Positions 41,840 to 52,700 of a stretch of DNA of 64,000 nucleotides are shown piece by piece (the stretch's first letter is position 1; every line of letters starts with the position of its first letter). The stretch is from Corallochytrium limacisporum Hawaii (lineage: Eukaryota > Protista > Pluriformea), in the NCBI GenBank assembly GCA_002811645.1, contig PDIP01000025.1, forward strand, positions 34,245-98,244. Direction: 5' to 3'. The position numbers were made by a program, and so were the translations under genes. Under the pieces are notes generated by a model. That model ran no database searches. It saw only the letters and a list, made by a program, of their open reading frames with translations, and had not been told where the DNA came from.

Positions 41840-43729
41840 TTACGTCGAGGCATGGTCAGCAGCACTACCGCCAGTCTCTTCATAGAGTGCCAGGTGCTCA
41901 AGGGCCACTTTGTAGTTATACTTTAGGTCCTCGGTCTCCTCAAAAAAGGAAGGATCAAACGCGACAAGCTCCTTCCTCAGCTTCTCGTTTTCCTCTCGGA
42001 GACTGTTAAGCTCTTCCCCGCCGATAGTCTGCTTCTGGTGCCCGTCTCTAAGGGCTCGATTAAGTTCCTCCTTTGAGAGACCGACCTCCTTCTTGCGGGC
42101 TTCACACTCATCTTGTAATCGGCGTATGGCAGCACTGTTCTCTTCATCGGCGCGAAGTCTGTCCTTGAGCACTTTCTCATAGTCCTTCTCAATGTCTGCA
42201 ATGCTCTCATCGGCCGATCTAATTTTGGTGTGGCTCGCTGTGATGCGCTCTTCTGCTTGTACGACCATGGCATTCAATGTGCGGCTATTTTCTTTCAAAG
42301 GCGCAATGTCGTGGTCCTTCTCCCGGATTTGCTCTCTAAGAAGACCGTTGCGTTCTTGCAATTTAGTGATACGAGCACCCAACTCTGCTGTGACCTTCCC
42401 AGCGTCAGGAGTAGACATCTTCTCTGTCTTCATGTGCTCCAGAGACGCCATGCTACCTGAATACATGTTCTTCATCTTCTCGTACCGCTTAAGGTCCATA
42501 TACTTCGTGTATGGCACACCCTGACCGCTGGTTGCGTCCTTGGCAATGTTATCAGATTCAGTTGGGCGCAGAGACATTCGGTTCTTTGCCGCTGACAATG
42601 CCGGGACTCTCATGCTCGGCTGATGTGGTCTGGAATACTTGAGGTCAAGGAACGAACTGTTCGCTTCAATGATCTCCATTCGGAGTGTCTTGATGGTCTT
42701 TTGCAATCTAGCATTGTCTTTGATCAGCTGAGAGCAATCATTATCTTCAATTTGGGCAACAATGTCCTCGAATTGATTCTGGAGTTGGCGATTGACAGAT
42801 TGCAACTGTTCGTTGGTCTCCTTCAGCTTGCGTACCTCGTTTCTCACACGGTTATCGTCCTCTGGGGTAACCCCTGTGCCGGTGTCCTCGGGTTGGCGGT
42901 TGCTGAGGGCAAATGGAATGGTTTGCCGTGGACGAGAACTCGAGGGCTTTGTCTCCTCCAGCTCCGCCTCAAGCTGCTCCACGGCTGCCTTGCCAGGCCA
43001 TACGTGCCCTCCTCGTACCGCTTGCTCCGCACAGCAAGATCGGCACTGCGTTGTTCACTTACTTGCAAGGCGTCTTCCGTATCCTTCAATTCTTTCTCCA
43101 GTTCCGCCATGGCACCTTTCTCGTCACTCCCTCGGTTCTTCTCGATGGTTGATTTCATACCTTTCATGGCTGTCAGACGGTTGGTAATCTCATCCAGATC
43201 TGTATCTAGCAACTTCCTCGTTTAAGTTCCGAACCAGATCTTCGCTCTCCTGAAGCATCCGCTTCAGACGCAATGCTTCATTCTTTTCAACCTTAATGGT
43301 TTGCTGCAATTTCTGGTTCGCGGAGGTTAAGTTCTGGTTCTCTTCCTGCAGTTATGCTTGTCTAATGACTCGAAGTCTCCGACCACCAAGTTTGACTTGA
43401 CATTCCTTCAACTCCACATCTTTCGTTTCCAGGTCAGTGCTCAGACGTTCAACTTCCACTTCAAGATCTGCAATGTGTTCTGCATTATCTCCCAGTCGAT
43501 CCAGCTCCTCCTCTTGCTGCTCCACCAGTGTGCCCTTCAGTTCCATCACAAGCTTGTGTGAGCTGGAAGAGCTTCATGAGCTCCTCGGGCGAAGCGTCAT
43601 CTTCTGGTGACATTTCTGCATCTACAAGATGATCATAAAGCTCTTCCAGAAGCCCAGTACTGCCTCCTTGTTGTGCAAAGTACGGCCGAATGTCGATGGC
43701 CAAAATATGATCCCAGTCAACATTGCCAT
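41840..43729 (-). pseudogene. CEP290: Shortened, frameshifted CEP290 (ciliary transition-zone protein) relic
   Basis: Joined fragments give M(A)NVDWDHILAID, KLFQLTQ/xVMELK, RYEEGTYGL/AKAAVE and KELVAFDPSFFEETEDLKYNYK. These match remembered CEP290 motifs NINWKEIMKVD, HLFRITQSLMKMK, DYESGVYGLEDAVVE and KELENFDPSFFEEIEDLKYNYK. Frameshifts at about 43725, 43551, 43200 and 42991; TAA at 43354-43352. Confidence 0.85.
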
Positions 43730-44241
43730 GCTTCGGTAGAGCCGCGAATGGCGGCAATAAACGGTGCAGCCATACCAATGTTCCAGTCTATCGTTCCGGG
43801 TGTATAGGTTTTGGCCGTTTATCACATATTTCCAGGCCAGTTGGCTGTGCATGTCCAAATACACCATATCGCTGTGTTAAAAATACCCCTGTTCTGATCA
43901 AGATTAGCGAGCCCAAATAGGCGCAGTTGGCCCAAATCCAGGAGTCCGATCTCCCCCCAGCCAGTTCCCCATAGCATACGCCGCTATTTTCGCGCTTTCC
44001 TTCAGCCAGACGAAGTGCCCAGAGCGTTCGGACGGGAGGAGCGAATGACAGTAGGGAAGAAGTCGCTGCCACCCGCCTTCGAAACTGGCTTAGTGACAAG
44101 GCATCCGAGAATGAAAACAGGCTGGGAATGGAGGCGGGTTTATTGGTTAGAAAAGTACATGTTATGATCAATAATTTGCGATACGAATGGTATGATTTGG
44201 CGCTACTATTTAGCATTCTTTGCAAGATCTTCGAGCCGGAT

Positions 44242-45279
44242 TCAGTCTTCTAATAGGAATCTCAGAGCATTGGTGTTGAACTCCTCAATGGCATCCTGTT
44301 GGACCCAATGAGATGCACCGGGAATTATCTTCAGTTGTCCTTTGCCGGCAGCAATCATCTTTAGCGATTGCTTCGCAGCAGACAGCTCGATTGCACCATC
44401 CTTCTCTCCCCACAGTAAGAGAATTGGACAGTTTGCCTTGACACTTTCGTCTGCGAGGGCAGGATTGCCTTCAATGCTGAACACATTCCGAAAATAGTTG
44501 ATCGGCCCGCTGAAGCCGCCCGGTTGTGCAAAGTAATATCTATAGACGAAAAGCTCCTCGTCGGAAAGGGCGGTTTGCTTGACACCCATGACCTTGCCGG
44601 TGAACATGTGGTCCAATGCTCTAAAATCGTGCATTGACAGATAGAACTCTGGCAGCCAAGGCAGCTGAAAAAGAAATATGTACCAGCTCTTTCGCAGTTG
44701 TGCAATCGAGCTTAGTGGATGAATCGCTTTCGGATGAGGACAGTTTGCGATAATCAACTTGTCTACCATGTGGGGATATTTTAGGACAAAAAGCCAGGAG
44801 ATCATACCACCCCAGTCATGGCTGATGACGGTAGCCTTTTCATGCCCTAGACCCTTTACAATTTGTGCAATATCCTCGACCAAAACAGGCCATTCATAGT
44901 CCCGTGTCTTCGGTGGCCGCTCGCTTTCTCCATATCCCCGGAGGTCTACGGCCACTGTTTGATAGTGCTCAGAGAAAAACACCAACTGGTGACGCCAACT
45001 GTACCAATTTTCTGGAAACCCATGCAATAGGAGCAGAAGGGGGCCAGAGCCTTTCGAGACGAAGTGGAATCTCATCCCGTTGGCTCTAACAAAGCCGTGT
45101 TCCCCCAGTTTGACATCATCAAGGGTTTGTGGCCTCAACGAATAGTCTGATTTACGGAAGACCTGTTTTCCTTCTGTGAAATATAATTGGAGCAGTTTAA
45201 ATGCGACCACAATGCCATAGAAGACTGCAACTGCGCCCACTAATGCACTGAGCAGAAGTTGGCGTGTCGCTGACATCAT
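44242..45279 (-). CDS. Epoxide hydrolase, EPHX3/EPHX4-like alpha/beta hydrolase with N-terminal TM anchor
   Basis: HGFPENWYSWRHQL, DLRGYGES, nucleophile HDWGG, lid SWYIFLFQ and INYFR tyrosines, WGEKD, catalytic HWVQQD. Confidence 0.95.
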   Translation of the reverse strand: MMSATRQLLLSALVGAVAVFYGIVVAFKLLQLYFTEGKQVFRKSDYSLRPQTLDDVKLGEHGFVRANGMRFHFVSKGSGPLLLLLHGFPENWYSWRHQLVFFSEHYQTVAVDLRGYGESERPPKTRDYEWPVLVEDIAQIVKGLGHEKATVISHDWGGMISWLFVLKYPHMVDKLIIANCPHPKAIHPLSSIAQLRKSWYIFLFQLPWLPEFYLSMHDFRALDHMFTGKVMGVKQTALSDEELFVYRYYFAQPGGFSGPINYFRNVFSIEGNPALADESVKANCPILLLWGEKDGAIELSAAKQSLKMIAAGKGQLKIIPGASHWVQQDAIEEFNTNALRFLLED

Positions 45280-46591
45280 GTTAATCCTTGTGTGAGTGCA
45301 AACAGCGCCATACTCTGCAAAATGATCAGGGTTCGTCAGGATAGGTTGGTTTGGTCGGAAAACATTGCCGTATCCTGCATTTCCTTATATACGTAATAAA
45401 GACGAGCTCCTCCGCCAGTAGCAGCATTCATTTGGCTGTCGACTGATATGTCCGTTCCGTTCAAAGACGGGTTTGTTCGCTCTCAAGCTTGGTTGGGATT
45501 TCCTGTTGACTAAGCTATGACCCACCGGCATTGGCAAGTCGACGATTTTCTTTCAATCCTTGTGCGGTTACTTTACAGGGATGGTACAACCAGTACTTGA
45601 ATTATTGCGCTCCCCACAGGTCTTTCACGGCTGGGCGCAGTATCAGCCAATGGTACTTGCTATGTATATACTATTGTCCCCTTCGAATTGAAAGAAGCTC
45701 TGTCATTTCTGTAGGGGTAGTGGGAGGGAGTTACACGAAGACTCAGCGAAACCAAATAGGTAGACACGGGAAAGCAACAACGCACACGCTTTCCGCTTGT
45801 TTCACTCGCAATGTCGACTGCCATTTAACTGGCAAGGATATTCACAAGTTTTAGCAAGAGAGAATTCAGCTTGTTTTAGGTTCTTCACACGCACTTTCCA
45901 ATGGGCAATTCTGTTGATCAGATCACTGATATTCTCTGACACATCGCAATCCAATTCACAATGTGTTCTGACAGAAAATTGAATTTAGTAATGAAAATCA
46001 GTAAGTGTTGGATAAATTCAATCAATTTTTGCCCGGTATCTGATTAGGAATGTTGAACTCGTCATCTGGACATGCTCTCAGCCGAAAAATGAGACGGAAT
46101 CGGTTAATCCTGGGATTTGAATGCATTGCGCACAAATCTTAGTGGTACGGAAATGAAATTGACTGATGGAACTCAAATATCCCCTCTAAAACTCCTCGGA
46201 GGTACGGCAGGACCTCTTATTTACGATTAGAACAGAGATTTCTGTTACGACAGTCTTTGTGAAATGCTTTCTAGACGTGTAGGTAGGCATTTGTAGCTGG
46301 AAGCTACTAGAAATTAGCATACTGGACGAATAATTTTGGGCTTCATTGCTCTTCTTGTTTATTCTGTCAATTGGCTGATAAACTCTAGGGTCCGTACGGT
46401 AGTGTAGAACGACACATCTTTTGCAATATTGTGATTGATACGGAATTGTGGCAATCGCGATCGTGAAATTAAGAGCAAATACTACACCCGCTGTGCGATC
46501 AGACACTAAATCTGTTTAGTATGCTATACAAATCTATAATTTCTCAAGGATAAGAAAAGAAATTCTTTTGTGGCCTGTAAACAAGTTCTAG

Positions 46592-48340
46592 TTATACCTC
46601 GTTCAATAATTTTTCACACTGTTTCTTCCAGTGGTCCTTGAGGTACGGTATGCCACTGAAAAATTGAGAGCGCCAGATATCCGGCCCGAAACGAGCCCCG
46701 TACACAGTGCATACCTCCTCCCGCGCATTAAGTCGTCGGTCATTCTTTTGCATCCCCATGCGGTTCATTTTATACCCTACATCAGTCTCCTTGCTGACTA
46801 GAATGGACTCCAAGACAACCACTTTCATGTTAAATACCTTCGTGATGAACGAGGTTTCCACATCGACGCCCCAGGCGTAGGTTAGCAGTGGATCAAAACG
46901 GCCGTACCGGAAGTACCAGTCGCCTCTCCACATGGCAAAGATGTTGTCGATCATCCAAGTAGTCCGTGGAGGATAACTCTCTCGGCTCTTCGCACGGGTG
47001 GGACCAGGAGCGTCATACTCTGTGATTAAGTTGTCCCACTGGGTTGTGCTAGCTTTGGTCAGGGCGGGATGCACACCGGCTACCGACTTGTCACTCTTCA
47101 GGATCTTGGCCATTTCAGCAATGATGTCTCCTTGCCCCTCTTCCACCTTGGCAGACGTGATGGTCAGGACAATGCCCAGATAGGCTTCCCTGCGCATTGA
47201 CGCCATCGCTTCTGCATACGCAACACCCATCATCCAACCGTGATTGGTTTGCACATTGTGCTGAAGTTTCACGGTGGCATCCTCATAGGCATGCTCAGGC
47301 TCGCAGCCATTGTCCACAATGATGATATCAATCGGCCAGTCGACTTCAGTTTTCAGGTAATTATGGATCTCAGCAGTCCGCTCTGGCATGTTAAACGTGG
47401 TCAGAACGATGGCGACACGATCGCCCACTGGCAGATTGTAGTATCCCTCACGGCGCTGTTCTGTACTAGAGTGGACCCGCCAGAAGTAGCCCTCCACATC
47501 GCGTAGAGATGTGTAGATGAATTTGGCCAGCCGCGGTGGAAAAGCGTCACTCCACAGAGGAATGCCGGGAGCCAGTAGCAGATCCTTCGCCATGTGATAT
47601 TCGGAACTCAGCTGCAGCTCTTGCAATGATCTGATCTCTCTTTCGGCCAAGCTTCGAACCACTGAGGTTCCTAGTATCATTGTACCAGAAGAGAAAGGTG
47701 TACAGCATTCCTTACCATACAGTACGTCAATGCCCGTGTGTGTCTTGTTCAGAAGAGTTCTCAGAACCTTGGGGTCAATGATAACACTGCGTTCCATTAA
47801 AATGTACCAGTCGGGTCGTACTGCAACCTCGTAGGCCTCTTGCAATGCCTGCTGCACCGCATGATCTCTGGTGGTATCCACGAACTTCAGGTCAATTCCT
47901 TCCTCTCGCAACATGAAGCCGTATGTAGCGGTCATCAGCTCTTGTTCACTCGCGTCCACTCCTGCCATGAAGACTACACTATGGAAAGTCAATGGTGGCA
48001 GATCGCTCCAAACGACCTCCTGGGCCTCAATTGGTGGAGTAGCCGCGGCTGTCGGTGACATTGCGCACAGTGGTGCACTTGGGGGATCGGCAGCCCCTAT
48101 TGGTAGGGATGCGATGTTTACCATTGCACTGCTCCTGGAGAGGAGATGCAAAAGGTATAGCATTGCACCCACAACCACAGGAGCCCAGAATCTGAATTTC
48201 ACCAAGAGCCTCATTGGTGTTTCGCCTCTCTTTGCCTGCAAATGCGTCTCGCTCTCTTTCCCCGTTGTGCTCTGCTCCAAAAGCCTCTCCGTTGCTGGAT
48301 CTATCTCGATTTGCATTCCGCAGACTTCATTGGTCATCAT
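46592..48340 (-). CDS. Type II membrane glycosyltransferase: degenerate GT-A-like domain followed by a GT2-like domain
   Basis: N-terminal signal anchor (FWAPVVVGAMLYLLHLL); DWYILMERSVIID.K.LR.LL and FSSGTMIL resemble a fringe/GT31-like fold; VAIVLTTFN...IIIVDNG and GRFDP..YAWGVD are GT2-like. Confidence 0.7.
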   Translation of the reverse strand: MMTNEVCGMQIEIDPATERLLEQSTTGKESETHLQAKRGETPMRLLVKFRFWAPVVVGAMLYLLHLLSRSSAMVNIASLPIGAADPPSAPLCAMSPTAAATPPIEAQEVVWSDLPPLTFHSVVFMAGVDASEQELMTATYGFMLREEGIDLKFVDTTRDHAVQQALQEAYEVAVRPDWYILMERSVIIDPKVLRTLLNKTHTGIDVLYGKECCTPFSSGTMILGTSVVRSLAEREIRSLQELQLSSEYHMAKDLLLAPGIPLWSDAFPPRLAKFIYTSLRDVEGYFWRVHSSTEQRREGYYNLPVGDRVAIVLTTFNMPERTAEIHNYLKTEVDWPIDIIIVDNGCEPEHAYEDATVKLQHNVQTNHGWMMGVAYAEAMASMRREAYLGIVLTITSAKVEEGQGDIIAEMAKILKSDKSVAGVHPALTKASTTQWDNLITEYDAPGPTRAKSRESYPPRTTWMIDNIFAMWRGDWYFRYGRFDPLLTYAWGVDVETSFITKVFNMKVVVLESILVSKETDVGYKMNRMGMQKNDRRLNAREEVCTVYGARFGPDIWRSQFFSGIPYLKDHWKKQCEKLLNEV

Positions 48341-49747
48341 AACGCGTGACTAAAATACCCATTCCTACGCGTCCCATGGAAGTATCAACTGACTGACTGA
48401 AGTACGTCTTGAACGGTCATTAGTGAGCACCAAAAAGTCTGACACATTGCTGGCGTGCGAGATTCGCTGCCCCGGTGCCTCACAGTACAACTACTCCTTT
48501 CCCTTTCCGGTCAACAATTACAATGACGCATGCATACAAATTCCCTTTCCTTCTCTCTGTGTCTCCATAATGTGTCTTTGTGTCCCCCTTGACAATACCA
48601 CTTACTTCGAACACAAGTTTGTAAGACAGTAATTAAACCGCAACTGAAAAGTAGATCTAAGTAGTCCTGAGATGAATACGGTTGTGTAGAGCGATGACGA
48701 GGCCGGAAGGGGGCGGAAGGGAGTCCATACCAACCGTTTCCAGGGGCAGGGCGAAGGCGGCCGTCTTTCTCACATAGAAAATATATGAAATCTCAGACGA
48801 TGAGGGAACCCAGTCGTTCAGTGCGTGAGCACAGTGCCAAAGCGGAAAGGGGAAAAAAGGAGCGCCGATTGGGTGATTGGTTCAGGTTGGAAAAAGCCAT
48901 AGTGAAAGTCCATAAAATGTGATCAAATTTCGGGGGCCTCTTTTCTACCCGTTTCTGGTACTTTGGCGAGGTACTGAGGCGGTCTCAGGGCCCTTTGCTG
49001 CACTGCAAATGAGATTGGAGGCCCACATCTCCGGGGAAGGCGGGGCTCATTAGTGAAGTTTGGCTGTGGAAGTGAAACTGGTCCAGTCCTACAGCCACCC
49101 GATAGCGGAAGGGAGGCCTCCTGCTGCCACCACTGGCTTCGTTCGCGCCACGGGGACCGCCGCGTTTGGGAGGGCAGGCACCGCAAAGCCTCTGTGCCTT
49201 AGGTGGTGCGGCGACGAGCATTGGTGCTGTCGGTGTCCCCAGCCAGACCAAAGTTTGGGAGAGGGGCTGCTCGAATTTCGCGCGGGGACAATCACTACTT
49301 GTCCAGTCTGCCTATGCCCATCTGCTTGCTGTGCCGCCGTGATCACTGAGACTCTGTGCGAGATCTTCTTTGTGCTCAGAGCGATTTCCGGATATTGTGG
49401 ACTGTTCGTCTTCATTTAGTCAAAAGCAGAGAGTGTGTGGGATGTGCGACAGGTATCTTTATGTTGCCTGCACACACAGGAGAACTTGCAACGACCCCTG
49501 CGGGGTACAGTTCGTACCCGTCGCAGATAGAAGCATGGGAATGGATTCGTGCTGGTGCTTCTGAGGTTTAGCATCGGAAAGACTCTTTGACGGATCTGAT
49601 CTAAAAATGGAGACATATTAGCCACAACTAGGAGTGCAATATTTAAAGAATGACAACAACAAACGAACGGGTATGCAATAGTATAACGGTTCCGATAGTG
49701 TAAACAAGCGGAACTCGGTCTTATCGGAACGAGAGGACGCCCTCAGC

Positions 49748-52700
49748 ATGGCAGACGTGAGGAGTCCACGGACGAACTTGGACTCGTTCCTCGAGGACGC
49801 CCTCCGAGAAGTTGGAGAAGGTCGAGACAGCTTTGAACCCCCTAGATCTACAGGTTCACCCAAACACAACTCTCATGATCTTATCGGGCCTGAAGACTAT
49901 GATTCGGAGGACACAGACAAGATCATCTTCGAAAAGCCAAATCGGGACACACACGTGAAGCACGGACCAAAAGTGTTTTCCCACTCGGATCATGGCGTGC
50001 ATCCTCGTATCCCTGAGAAATCAAATTTTGCATCACCACACATTGGACCTGGTATGGACGGTATTGAAGATTTGGACCGCCTTCGGATACACAATTATCT
50101 TCATCGCAGCACAAAAGCTATGGACCCAGGGACAAAGGGTGAGCGAATATCGAAACCTGCGCAAGTCCCAATAGAAGCCAAGCATGCCAATCAGCCCTCG
50201 TCAGCGACAGACTCAAAACCAGACTACTCTATAACTCTAGAGCGCACAGATTCCATCGGCACCCGTACAAAGAAGTTCATAGAGAGGGCCGCTCGTCGTC
50301 GCGCAGAATTCCGTGCATCCCAGGATGCTGAGCAGCAGCAGGCCCATACCTTCAAACCAGATCGCAGCTTTGGGGGACAACGCAGCAAGCGTCTTGAAGA
50401 GTTGGAGAAGCATTTGAATCAGTTGAAGGTTGAGGACCGTCTCATGAGGTACGCCCGGGAGAAGCAGCAGAACCGTTTGGAGCAAGGCATCCGCAGCGCC
50501 CACAGTGAAGACGAAGATATGGAGGAATGCACATTTGAACCCGATCTCAGCCTTGGAGGCCAGCGTAGGCGCTACCGTGTTTTGAATGGGGATGTAGTGA
50601 AGGATTCGGAACCGCAGTATATTCGCTACCGGGAGCAGCAGGCTGCACGGGAGATTTGGCGCAAGACTATGAAGGCCCGGGAGGCTGAAGATGAGATGGC
50701 CCAGGCACCGGGCGTTCCGGAGATTAATCCAACTTCTCGACGCATAAGCAATGCAAAAGCCTTAGGAAAGAATGTCAACGTCTACGACCGTCTATACGAA
50801 GCAGCGGTGCGGAAGGAGGAGAGGCTTGAAAACCTACGCAAGCCACCCAAGGTGCGCGAAGCCAGTCCACAGAGCTCTGTCAAGCGAGGACACCACCTCT
50901 ACTCTGAGGCATGCAAGAAAGAGGCCAAATTAACGAAGATGAAAGCCGACCAAGACCATAGTATTCAGAAAAGGATGACCAGCAGCAAGACAACCAACAA
51001 ATCTGCGATTATCTTGCGTACCGCATCGGAGAACCGTATGGTGACCTTACTCAGCGACGCACGTCGCCGTTTCGGAGGTTGGCTTGGCGTAGATGAGCTT
51101 GCTGGTCTCTTGGTAGCAGTTGACATCGTCGGCGGTAAGCACAGCTGCGAATCTGCAGATAAGCGCACCTGCCAAGCTGTCTGGAACGCCATTACAGACG
51201 GGACAAAGGTGTTGCTCGATATGCGCAATAGCTACATGAAGCTTCATCCAGTCCTCTTTCGACCCAGGAAGCCGGAGCCGAGTGAACGTACTCCCAATTC
51301 TGCGTTGGGAAGTACCACAGAACTTGGTCGAAAAGAGGAATACGACAGACATGTAGAAGAGATCAACAGAATTTGGATTGAAATGAGTGAACAGGAAAGG
51401 GCGGAAGGCGAGTTGTTAGTGCGCTTGCGCTTCCCTAAAAAGGTTGAACTGGGCGATGCCATTCCGTTTGAATTTGTTGCGCAATTCTGCCTGGTAACAG
51501 TGTGGTGTCTATATTTTGCGGACACTATGAATCTCAACCAGAGTACCACTGTCACTCCGACGTTAGTGACCTACGATGTTGAACGATTGCAGAGTTTTCT
51601 GGATCGACATTTCTATCTGACCAACAACATGCCATTGATTCCAGATCTTTTGGAAATCGCCACTCGCCTGAAGCAGCAGGCTGCTCTTCAGCGGCCCGGT
51701 CTTCGTGGTCCAGCTTTCCGGGCTCGCCCTACAGAGACTGAAAAGCACCTTGCGGAAGAGGAGGCCAAGAAGCTGCACAAGGAGAAGCGTGCACCTTCTC
51801 CGCGTCGTGTTGCTGCTATGCATGAGTTCTATCATCGTGCCATGGATAGACGTGACCAGCTTCGTGACAAACAGATGAACGAGGAATTGAAGGAATGCCA
51901 TTTTCAGCCCATGATCAATCGCAACACCGATTCTCTGGCGGTACGACACTACCACCGTGAGGTGCTGAAACCAGAGACCCGTCGTGATCAGCTGCTCAGG
52001 GAGAAGTGGCTGAAGGAGGAGGAGGAGTTCAGCAAACACCACACATTCCAGCCGAGCATTGACAACGGGTTTTACGTACGAACCAAAAACATAACACAGG
52101 CGGACAAGGAGCCAAACGACAACCATACCATTGAGAACGTAAATGATACTGGCTTTTCCTGCCTGACCAAGAGCACGGTGACGTCACATCAGTTTGCAGA
52201 GCCTCCAACAGGATATTACGAGAGTGTAGCCCGCATCCGAGAGGCTCGCCTGAACAAACTCCAGAAGCAGTGGCGGGAAAATCGCCTGGGACTGCCTGAG
52301 AAGCAGTTTAAGCGTGGAGTAGTCGTTCCCTTTGGCATTGACAACCGTCAGCATGAATTGCAGGCCAAGAGAAAGCAGAAAGCAGGCCCGGTTGCCTTCC
52401 ACGTCGAAGTGCAGTTGGGTGCCAAACGTGGAGCTACCTTGGTTGTTCGAGAGCAAGCGAATCTGTGGAAGCTTGCAGAAGGCTTTGTTCGCACGTACGG
52501 TTTGCGTGTTGAAATGACCCCACGTCTGCACGTGACACTGTGCGAGCAGGCTTTGGCCGTGTGCGGAGAAGACGGATTCATGACGAAGTTCCCAGAGGAT
52601 GCCCAAGACATTACGAACATTATCGAAGAGGAGCATGGCGGTCTCCGCTCGGAGCGGCAGCCAGATGCCAGTCCCGGGCTTAACAGTTTCGACTTCCCAG

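Noticed and set aside
43346-43369. Possible 24-nt GT-AG mini-intron removing the CEP290 in-frame TAA
   Set aside because: Weak donor (GTCATT); I found no comparable intron repairing the frameshifts I checked (about 43551 and 43200); the TAA is one substitution from a sense codon
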